Of a stretch of DNA of 57,579 nt, positions 9,140-18,600 are shown in pieces (within the stretch, counting starts at the first letter, position 1; each line of letters opens with the position of its first letter). The position numbers and the translations under genes were made by a program. A model generated the notes under the pieces. The model ran no database searches and had not been told where the DNA came from. It worked only from the letters and a program-made list of their open reading frames with translations. The stretch is from IMG/VR virus record IMGVR_UViG_3300025769_000133, positions 1-57,579 of that record. One strand, written 5' to 3'. This DNA comes from a virus (taxonomy: Duplodnaviria > Caudoviricetes).

Positions 9140-9309
9140 CTAGAAGAAAATACGCTGAAAGAAAATTACAAAAATTTATAAACTGGAGCATGGAAAGCAA
9201 AGGTTATTTAAAATATGAAGAACTTATTGAATATGAAAGAAGATACTTTAATACAAATGAAAAACAAAATAGAAGCACAATCAAGAGTGCTTCAACAGAT
9301 AATAAATGA
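9094..9309 (+). CDS. Hypothetical protein
   Basis: ORF track; overlaps both neighbours; start uncertain. Confidence 0.45.
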   Translation: MRRNRELNSWEKKDLARRKYAERKLQKFINWSMESKGYLKYEELIEYERRYFNTNEKQNRSTIKSASTDNK

Positions 9310-9451
9310 AATATCATACTTAAGAGAATTAAGTGTAGGAACCTTTGAAACAGTTAAACTTCTACCTGGTTATGATGAGGCTATTGAAAAACTTAAATCC
9401 AATATAATTGAAAAAAGCAAAGAAGAAAAAAAATTAGAAGTTAACGATTAA
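9233..9451 (+). CDS. Hypothetical coiled-coil protein
   Basis: ORF track (9215); in-frame ATG 9233 or 9257 also possible. Confidence 0.6.
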   Translation: MKEDTLIQMKNKIEAQSRVLQQIINEISYLRELSVGTFETVKLLPGYDEAIEKLKSNIIEKSKEEKKLEVND

Positions 9452-9460
9452 TAATTATAT

Positions 9461-11323
9461 ATGGAGATATCAAATAAAATATTGTCCGACATAACAGTTT
9501 ACATGAAATATGCAAAATATATTCCTGAACTAAACCGTAGGGAGACGTGGGATGAGTTAGTAACGCGTAATATGAACATGCATATTAAAAAGTATCCTGA
9601 CTTAATAGATGAAATTAAAACAACGTACAAATTAGTATATGAAAAAAAGATTTTACCGTCTATGCGCTCACTTCAATTCGGAGGTAAACCGATTGAAATA
9701 TCACCTAATCGTGTCTATAATTGCGCTTATCTACCTATTGATCATATTGAATCGTTTAATGAGGTAATGTTTCTATTACTAGGTGGTACTGGTGTAGGTT
9801 ATTCTGTTCAAGATCACCATGTTAAAAAATTAGACCCGGTTAACAAGCCTTATAGTAAAAGAACTAGAAGATTTTTAATAGGAGATTCAATTGAAGGTTG
9901 GGCTGATGCTATTAAAGTACTAATGAAATCATATCTTGGTGACAAAAGAAGTTCACGTGTAGAGTTTGACTACTCTGATATACGCCCTAAGGGTGCAATG
10001 TTAGTAACGTCTGGTGGTAAAGCACCTGGACCTCAACCACTTAAAGAATGTATAGTAAAGATAACAGGAGTCTTAGACTCAAAGGAGGATGGCGATACGC
10101 TCTCCACTATAGAAGTACACGATATAGTTTGCCATATTGCAGACGCCGTATTAGCTGGTGGAATACGTCGAGCAGCTTTGATAAGTCTGTTCTCAGCGGA
10201 CGACGAGGAGATGATCTCTTGCAAGTCTGGAAATTGGTGGGAAACAAATCCACAAAGAGGAAGAGCTAATAACTCTGCTGTTCTTATGAGACATAAAATT
10301 ACTAAAGAGTTTTTTATGGATCTATGGAAACGCGTTGAACTATCAGGTGCAGGTGAACCTGGAATATATTTTAATAATGATAAAGACTGGGGTACAAACC
10401 CTTGTTGTGAAATAGCTTTACGACCATATCAGTTTTGTAACTTATGTGAAGTAAACGCTAGTGATATTGAATCACAAGAAGATTTAAATAACAGAGTGAA
10501 AGCAGCTGCGTTTATAGGAACGTTACAAGCTGGATATACGGACTTTCACTATTTAAGAGACGTATGGAAAGAAACAACAGAAAAAGACGCGTTAATCGGA
10601 GTATCGATGACGGGGATAGGATCTGGCACGGTGTTAGGATACGACATGAAGAAAGCCGCTCAATTAGTAAAACGAGAAAACGCAAGAGTCGCGAAAGCGA
10701 TTGGAATTAATTCTGCAGCACGATGCACAACAGTGAAGCCTGCAGGGACAACATCTCTGGCATTGGGAACATCATCCGGTATTCACGCATGGCATAATGA
10801 TTATTACGTTCGTAGAATCAGGGTTGGTAAAAACGAAAGTATATACAAATACTTAGTTGAAAATCATCCATTATTAGTAGAAGATGAGTTTTTTAGACCT
10901 CATGATACCGCTGTGATTAGTATACCGCAGAAAGCTCCTGAAGGATCTATACTTAGAACTGAATCTCCATTTCAATTACTTGAACGTATAAAAAAGGTAG
11001 CTACTGAATGGGTGGCACCTGGCCATAGAAAAGGCAGTAACACTCATAATGTGTCTGCCACGGTTAGTTTAAAAGCTGAAGAGTGGGAAACAGCTGGTGA
11101 ATGGATGTGGGATAACAGAAAATACTACAATGGTTTGTCTGTACTACCGTTTGACGGTGGAACTTATACTCAAGCTCCTTTCGAGGATATTGATGAAGGA
11201 ACTTACATAAATAAGTTGCAACATTTAACTGATATAAATCTAGAAAATGTACTCGAATCCGAAGACAACACTGATCTTTCTGGTGAGCTTGCTTGTGCTG
11301 GTGGTGCTTGTGAAATCACTTAG
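9461..11323 (+). CDS. nrdJ: Class II (adenosylcobalamin-dependent) ribonucleotide reductase
   Basis: RRETWDE, LPSMRSL, YNCAY, GGTGVG, TNPCCEI..QFCNL, TTVKPAGT, C-terminal CAGGAC; no adjacent beta subunit gene. Confidence 0.9.
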   Translation: MEISNKILSDITVYMKYAKYIPELNRRETWDELVTRNMNMHIKKYPDLIDEIKTTYKLVYEKKILPSMRSLQFGGKPIEISPNRVYNCAYLPIDHIESFNEVMFLLLGGTGVGYSVQDHHVKKLDPVNKPYSKRTRRFLIGDSIEGWADAIKVLMKSYLGDKRSSRVEFDYSDIRPKGAMLVTSGGKAPGPQPLKECIVKITGVLDSKEDGDTLSTIEVHDIVCHIADAVLAGGIRRAALISLFSADDEEMISCKSGNWWETNPQRGRANNSAVLMRHKITKEFFMDLWKRVELSGAGEPGIYFNNDKDWGTNPCCEIALRPYQFCNLCEVNASDIESQEDLNNRVKAAAFIGTLQAGYTDFHYLRDVWKETTEKDALIGVSMTGIGSGTVLGYDMKKAAQLVKRENARVAKAIGINSAARCTTVKPAGTTSLALGTSSGIHAWHNDYYVRRIRVGKNESIYKYLVENHPLLVEDEFFRPHDTAVISIPQKAPEGSILRTESPFQLLERIKKVATEWVAPGHRKGSNTHNVSATVSLKAEEWETAGEWMWDNRKYYNGLSVLPFDGGTYTQAPFEDIDEGTYINKLQHLTDINLENVLESEDNTDLSGELACAGGACEIT

Positions 11324-11362
11324 TAGCTGCAGCAGTGAAAAAATAATAATAAAACAAGGAAT

Positions 11363-11917
11363 ATGCAAAAAAGAAATAAAAAACTGTGCTTAATATTTCT
11401 TATTTATATATTGATTAGCTGTTCTAAAATAACAGACAAATACAAAACTTTTACTATAAAAGAGGGTAAACACAGGTCGACAAGTGCCTTAAATTATAGT
11501 AAAGACACAGTGTTCGGTTGGAACATTGAATTTGATTCAAGCGCTATCTACAAAACTGTGGATAGCCTTAATCAATATGATATAAATAAATTAATAGGTT
11601 GGAGTGACTGTGGTACTAGCCACATGGATAACTCTATAAGATTTGGATGGAGATGGTTAAACGACAGTTTAGAAATACACTGGTTTAAACATGAATATGG
11701 AAAATTTAGTTTTGATCTTATAAAAAGAGTTAGTATATGTGAAGAACACTACTATGAGTTAACTATATCAACTTGGGATTACAAAATGGGAGTAGACGGA
11801 ACATATGTACATGTGCCTAGGAATTGTGTACAAAATAAAAGAAAATATATGCTATATCCTTATTTTGGAGGAAATGAAACAGCTCCTCATGATATAAGAA
11901 TTAAAATCAAAAATTAA
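11363..11917 (+). CDS. Putative lipoprotein with beta-rich domain
   Basis: KRNKKLCLIFLIYILIS-C signal peptide II; aromatic beta-strand pattern ending YPYFGGNETAPHDI. Confidence 0.65.
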   Translation: MQKRNKKLCLIFLIYILISCSKITDKYKTFTIKEGKHRSTSALNYSKDTVFGWNIEFDSSAIYKTVDSLNQYDINKLIGWSDCGTSHMDNSIRFGWRWLNDSLEIHWFKHEYGKFSFDLIKRVSICEEHYYELTISTWDYKMGVDGTYVHVPRNCVQNKRKYMLYPYFGGNETAPHDIRIKIKN

Positions 11918-12156
11918 TGGACTTTATTAAATGGCTTTTTACAGATCATTACTTCAACAATAAACAAGGTATTATAAAATTTTTAGGAACTATAATGTTT
12001 ATATGTTTTGGAATTTATGTACCTGGACCAGTACTAGAAGAATACTATAGTGGTTGGATGCCTATTTGGCCAGTATTAGGTTGCTTTATAGCAATATATG
12101 GAGGTTTAATAGGAATAATATATCAACCATATGGAATTTATAAACGTTTAAAATAA
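11917..12156 (+). CDS. Small membrane protein (2 TM helices)
   Basis: Two hydrophobic segments; TAATG coupling. Confidence 0.65.
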   Translation: MDFIKWLFTDHYFNNKQGIIKFLGTIMFICFGIYVPGPVLEEYYSGWMPIWPVLGCFIAIYGGLIGIIYQPYGIYKRLK

Positions 12157-12161
12157 ATAAT

Positions 12162-12200
12162 ATGTGTGAATTATGCGGAGGTCTTTGCGGAGGCTGTTAA
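12162..12200 (+). CDS. Putative 12-aa cysteine-rich micropeptide MCELCGGLCGGC
   Basis: ATG TGT GAA TTA TGC GGA GGT CTT TGC GGA GGC TGT TAA; A/T-rich leader; lies just before the terminator. Confidence 0.5.
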   Translation: MCELCGGLCGGC

Positions 12201-12237
12201 AAAATAAAAGGGGAGGTCATTACGACTTCCCCTTTTT
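12201..12237. terminator. Bidirectional intrinsic terminator between the convergent gene blocks
   Basis: AAAAGGGGAGGTC-ATTAC-GACTTCCCCTTTTT hairpin with A-tract before and T-tract after. Confidence 0.85.
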
Positions 12238-12266
12238 GGTTACAGGAACTTTGGGTATGGTGCCCA

Positions 12267-12563
12267 TTATTTTTTGTTCCTTCTTTTAAGTTTAGATTCC
12301 TTATTGTTTTGACAAAATTCTCTTGCAGCTTCTCTACTAGCAAATCCCCATTTTTTAAGTGCCATTGCATAGTTGCTTGGCTCACCATTGTCTTTAGTCA
12401 TACCACCTTTCATACCTGCAAATCTACAAGCAAATGATATTCTAGCTTTATCTTTACCACTGGTATGTCTTTTACCTAAAGTATTACCTGTTTCTTTTTT
12501 ATGCTTAGCTCTCATTTTTCTGTTACGAGCTTCATATCTTGCGTTTACACTTTTTTCAGCCAT
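12267..12563 (-). CDS. Small basic hypothetical phage protein, 98 aa
   Basis: ARISFACRFAGMKG...ALKKWG motif; TAATG coupled to upstream ORF. Confidence 0.75.
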   Translation of the reverse strand: MAEKSVNARYEARNRKMRAKHKKETGNTLGKRHTSGKDKARISFACRFAGMKGGMTKDNGEPSNYAMALKKWGFASREAAREFCQNNKESKLKRRNKK

Positions 12564-12697
12564 TATTTTTTTCTCTTTTTAGGTCTACAACTTCCCTTTG
12601 CTCCAGGTTTAGTACCAGGTACTCTTTCATATCCTAATCCGTAAGGACCACCTGTTTTCCAACAAGTGTTTTTTCTTCCTGTTTTTTTTCTTGCCAT
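12563..12697 (-). CDS. Small basic protein, 44 aa (MARKKTGRKNTCWKTGGPYGLGYERVPGTKPGAKGSCRPKKRKK)
   Basis: Read by hand; TAATG overlaps at both ends. Confidence 0.75.
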   Translation of the reverse strand: MARKKTGRKNTCWKTGGPYGLGYERVPGTKPGAKGSCRPKKRKK

Positions 12698-15600
12698 TAT
12701 TTCTGTAATTCTAGTATTTTTCTAACTCTATCACCTTCGTACTTTAAGGCTTTTATTTCTTTCTCAGATAAACCAAGAGACTTAAGTGAGTCTTTTTGTT
12801 CAGCTGCAGGTAATTCATATAATTCTAATTCTTGTTTATTTCTTTTTTCTACAGGTACTCTATTGTTTTTAAAACTAGTGTTTTCTGTAAAATTAACCTT
12901 TTTAGGTTTAGTTTGTTTTGGCATAGCTTGTTTAGGCTTAGCTTCAGTTTTTGGTTTAGGCTTTTCTTCTGCTTTTTCAACTTCTACTTTTTCATCCTCA
13001 ACAACTATTGGTTCTGTTATTTCTTCTTCTTCTTTTTGTATACTTTTTTCAGTTGGTATTTTAGAAGTATATTTATTGCCAGAAGATTTTTCAGCTTTTA
13101 ATATAGCTTCAACTCTATCGCCCTGTTTTTTCATACCATCTATCTCATCTTGCGAATATCCATGCTGTCTTAAGATATCTTCTTGCTCCGCTTTATTATA
13201 TAAACTAGGGTTTTCTAAAGCTTTGTAGTAATGTTTTTCATCACTTTCTACATCTTTTCTTTGATCTTGTTGTGATTTAGATTCTAATTGCCACTCAGAC
13301 CAACCCATTAATAAAGCTACTCTTTTCCAATTTTCTTGATCTTGAGCTAAAGCATCTTTAACATTTATCATTTTTTGCAGTAATCTATCTAAAGGTATAT
13401 TTGTTACTGAAGCTGTTAACAAAGCACCTGACATGTATAAAGGATTATCAACACTAAAATAATCTTTCATTTTAGGACTATCTTCGTTGTACTCATATGT
13501 GTTCATGCCTCTAACAAACTTAGATACTTTAACATCTACAGGAGGAGCTATGTTTAAGGCTTCAAAAACTGCTTTATAATACTCAGGTCTTGGTTTTTGA
13601 GTTCTATCATATATATCTAAACCAACATCTTTTATCGCTGCAACTATTGATCCACCAACACCCATACCTCTAAGTAAACTAGTTAACATACCGTCTAAAG
13701 TATTTAATGTTTTTTCATCTAGTTCATCTTCATCACCATTTCCTATAGCAGCAAAAACAGCTTGTTGAAGAGCGTTAAACATGATATTTTGTAAAGCTCC
13801 ATAATAAGCTATTCTTGAGATATTACTTTTCCAATCACCTCTACCGTTAGCTAAGTCAGATATTGCTTTACCTATTATTCTATTGTACTGCATAGGTGTA
13901 TTAGCAAATGCAAGTATAGTTCTACCTAAACCACCAGCTTGTTGAGAACTAACTTCCATGGCATCAGAAGACTGTTGAGCTTCTCTTGACAATGCTGTCC
14001 ATTCTTCGTAGGCTTGAGCAGAAGCTTCATCTTCACTCATACCTTTTTTAGTTAAATCTTTTATTCTATTTCTATAAAAAGTAGCACCACCTGAAGCAAT
14101 AGCGAAACTATCAGCAACTTGAGTTATACTAAATCCTTTTCTTAAAAGTAAATTTAAAAAAGCTTTAGGTTTATTACTTTGATTATGTGTTGCATCGAAT
14201 ATTTCAGATTCTGATATATTTATTTTATTACCTCCTCTTCTATCAACTAAGAAATCAGAGTTAAATAAGTTCATAAAATCTTTCCAATACTGAGGTTGGT
14301 TAGCAAACGCCGCCGCTGCTTTAGCTGGATTATTGAAACTCCAATTTATATAGTTAGCTGCAGACAGTGTTTGTAGTATACCCGATCTCATGTTAAAGAA
14401 CATAACCGCACCAACAGAATTATTTAACCAGTCGTAAAATTTATTTTCTTGTGAACTATTACCTATTCTTCTGTTTCTACCAGACTTCATTCTTCTAAGC
14501 ATGTCCTCAAAAGATTTTCTATATTTAGTTCCATATTGATACTCAATAGCATTCATTAATTTACTATCATATCTAGACCCATTGTCTTTACCAAATATAG
14601 TTTCTATATTTTGATTCCATTCACTAAGTAACCTTGCTCTAGTTATTCTACTAACTCCCTGCATTAAGTCTCCCATCATTGAACCAGCTCCCCATTCTAA
14701 ACCTGGATAATAATAACCATCTCCTTTAGTTATATTAACTAACTGATCTGCCATTCTTTTTACAGCAGGATTATTACGAGCCATAGATCTTATTTTTTCC
14801 ATGGTAGTTTTAGGAACTCCATCTGCTTGAATACCTTGATTATCCCAAGCTAATATTCTAATAGCATCTTCATATGTGTAACCACCAAGCCCAGGCGCTT
14901 GTGCGTTTAGTTTAGGTATTGCTTTTCCTTTACCTACAAAATTATCTAATGTAGCATTAAAGTCTGCGAGTAAAGAATTCTTAAAAGCAGCTAGATCATT
15001 AAGAGCTCTAGTATATGGTTTAACTAAGTTATCTTTTAAAAACTCAAAATCTTCATTACCTTCTTGACCTTTACCTAAAAACTTATATAATAAACCAGTG
15101 AAGTTTTGGGTAGATGAAGGCGCCATTGGATTTTCAAACCTTTTACGACCTTTAATTTGTGCTTTTATATTAGATATATCTTTAATAGTTTCAGGATCTT
15201 TCTTAGCTTTTTTAGCTACCATTTCAAATAACCTATTAGCTATTTTTTCACCATCTAAAGCAAATCTCTCTTTAGCTTGTTGAGTTTTAGATTTAACATC
15301 TATTATGTCTAACACATCGCTAACAGCTTCTACATTTGGTAAGTGATCATCAGCAAAATAAAAGTCGTTATAATCTTCGTCTATATATTTACCTATAAAC
15401 CACTCGGCTTTTGCTTGAGGCGAACTATTACCTAATCCTGTTATATTTTCTAAAGGTATATCTACACCTTGAGATTTTAACCACTCGTGAATTGCTTTTG
15501 CTGATTCTGGAGCTCTAGCTGTAAGTATGAATATATCTCTTTTACCTTTTGCATTTTTCATTTGTTTAAGTAAGTCAAACAATGGGCCTTGCTTTCCTTC

Positions 15601-18600
15601 AACAACTCTGTTAAAATCACTAAAATCAAACTCTCCACCTTGCTCTCTTATTTTATCTCCGTCTTTTGCAAACTCTTCAGCAGTTAATTCACCTTTAGTA
15701 CCATCTGGCATTGTGTAAAACACCTTACTATTAGTGTTAGCTATAGTATCATCAAAATCAAATACTCTAGCCTTTTTAGGTTTTGTCTTTCTTTTATTTC
15801 TTGCCTTTTGAGTTAATGCGTCTAAGCTTTTCATCTTACTTAAAACTTCTGGACCTGTTAAATCACCTTCTAATACAACAGGTGCGTTGGTATTCTCTAA
15901 GGCTAATCTATCTTTGCTTTTTGGTTTTTGAGTATCTTCAATTGATTTTATTACATCTTCATTTTGATCAACTACTTCTTGTATAGTTTCTGCAGATACA
16001 GTAGCTTCAGCAGGATCAAAAGTTTCTGTTGGATTAGTTATACTAACTCTATCCTCTGTTTCACCCATCGACTCATACCTAATATTTTGAGCAGTACTAG
16101 TAGAACCTAATAAAGAATCTGTCATTTCAGCACGTACTTTAGGAACATGTGATTGGCTATAGTTAGTAAGTCTTAAAGCTATTTTGTTTTTTAAAGATTC
16201 TATTATTCCTTCTTTTTCTAAATTTGTTTGAGCTTTTCTTAATTTATCAGCTGCTTCCAAAACATCTATAGCCATGTCAGCCATTAAGTTTGAAGCAACA
16301 TCAATGTGTTCACCCTTGTATTTGAGTAAATCTGCTATCTTAGCTTCTATTTTAGCTTTTTTATTTACACGAGTGTTTTTATGAAATTCTTCAGCAAATT
16401 CTTTAGCCTCATCGTAAGAAGCGTGGTTAAAATTAATAACCCAGTCATTATCTTTTTTCTGTGCATCGCTAAGAGAGTTTGAAGTCTCTCCAGTTGATAA
16501 ATTTACAAAAGCAGCTTGAGATTTGTCATTAACCTCTATATCATTAACTCTAGATAAAGCTCGTAAAGACTTTGTATTATTAGTCATAGATTCTAACCAA
16601 CGTAGAAAACCTTTGATGTTTTTACTATCAGAAGCTATACTTTCCGCGGCTTTAGTCATTAGATATTCTATAGCTTTAGTATTAACTTCGTTTGCTTTTT
16701 GTATTTTATCTAATATACTACCTGACTTTACAGTGCCATCCTCGTTTAAACCTAATTGCTCTAGTTTTTCCTCTTTAGATATATCTTTATCTAATATCGT
16801 TTCAGCTCTACCTAGAACACCGTAACCAGCATTCATAAGTTCTATATCTTCAGGGTTGAAATCAAGTTCTTCTTGGTTTTTTAACTTGTTTATAACTTTG
16901 TTTACTTCATCTAATTGACTTTTAAATGGACCAAACCCACCACCTCTTTTCTTACCGCCATCTAAGTAATTGTATATGTAACTAAAAAAGTTTGCTCCTT
17001 TTAAGCTTTCAACTAACTTGCCAGGTAATTTAGAAATAAAATCCATTTGAAACTTATGCATCTCTTTCATAGATGTTTCAGTTCCCTTACCTTTAGACAT
17101 TGTTTTGTTCTCAAAAATATCGTTTGCTTCGTTTTTATAGTCTTGTGGCAAATTAGAATCGTCAATTTTACTTTTAAGTCTTTTCTTATAACCACTAACA
17201 GCGTCTCTAAATAAAGCTTTCAAAGGTTCTATAACATCATCAAACATTTCAAGCATTTCTTCACTAAAGTTTTTACTTAACTTAGTTTCTAAAACATCTA
17301 TCTTATCACCATCTTTACCAGCTTCTCTAACTGCATCAGCAAAAGTTTGATATAGTTTTCGTTGTATTTTTTCAGCAACACCATCTAAAGCAAATCTACT
17401 ATCAGGATTTTTATCTATAACCTCAGCTACTTCATTTATAGTAACTCTAGCTTGATTAAGTAGTTCGTTTCTTTCATTATACATTTCCATAACTTCAGGA
17501 TCAGATAAGACTTCCATAGTAGCGTCTTTACCTAATTCTTTAGCTAATAATGAAACTAAACCGTTTTTCTTGCTATAAGTAGTTCCTTTTTCTGGATTTG
17601 TAAAAGATTCAATAAACTTCTTTTTATTGTAAGGTTGTTTTTCATAAAGAAAATAACCAGCTGTTCTAGCTGTCGCAGCTTCTTTTTTATCTATTAAACC
17701 TTCAGAAACTAGTTTGTCAAATTCTGTAGTACTTAACCTTCTACCTGGTTTATTAAACTCAGGGTATGATTTATTAAATGCTGATTGAGATATCGCTTCA
17801 TAAACCTCTTCACCGTAAGTTTCTAAAAATGGTTCTACACCACCCATTTCATCTATTAGTAATCTAACAGATTGTTCACTTTGGGTTGCATAAGACTTTT
17901 CTAAAGCTTTTTTAAGTTTATTTGTTTTTACTTCTGGTAACACACCTTTGAAAGTATTTACAACACCTTCTTTTACTTTTTCAAATATATCGCTACCTTC
18001 TAATATACCCATTGCTTTTCGCATGTTTATTTTAGCTGCTTTTTTAGGCTCTACTTTTTCTAAACTTTCTTCAAGATTGCTATCTGTTACAAAAAGACTT
18101 GGTCCTTCTTCAGTATCTCTTTGTTCTCTAATATCTTTTTGAATAAGTGGATCAACAACTTGTTGCCATCTAAGAATTAAATCGTTCTTAACTTTTAATC
18201 CAAACGGCATATCTTTAAACTTCTTTTTACGTTTAAAAAATGCGTTATATATATTAGGATATTCAGTACTTCTTAAAGCTTCTTCTATTTCTGATCTAGG
18301 TATAGAGTAAGATAACTTCTCTCCATCTTTTGTCTCAACGGTACCTGTATATTCATTTCCAGTCATCTTAGAATTAACTACAAATTGAACTATAGCTTCC
18401 TTGTTGTTAGCATCTAATCTATTTTCAGCTCTCTGTTTAGCACCTGGACCACTATTAGGATCTTCTATAGTTGCAACGTCTTCAGCATTTTGTATACCTT
18501 TATTTAATTCTTTTATTCTTTCTTGAAGTCTAGATATTTTGTCTTTGTTTTTATCTTTATCCTTTATAAGATCTTTTATTTGACTTATTATCTTTTTCTT

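Noticed and set aside
486-10224. Minus-strand and alternate-frame ORFs in the replication block (e.g. 486-752, 6121-6333, 8838-9110, 10048-10269)
   Set aside because: Nested in genes with clear motifs; no independent motifs or leaders.
12197-12388. 63-aa minus-strand ORF crossing the terminator
   Set aside because: Alternate frame of the 98-aa gene and runs through the terminator hairpin.
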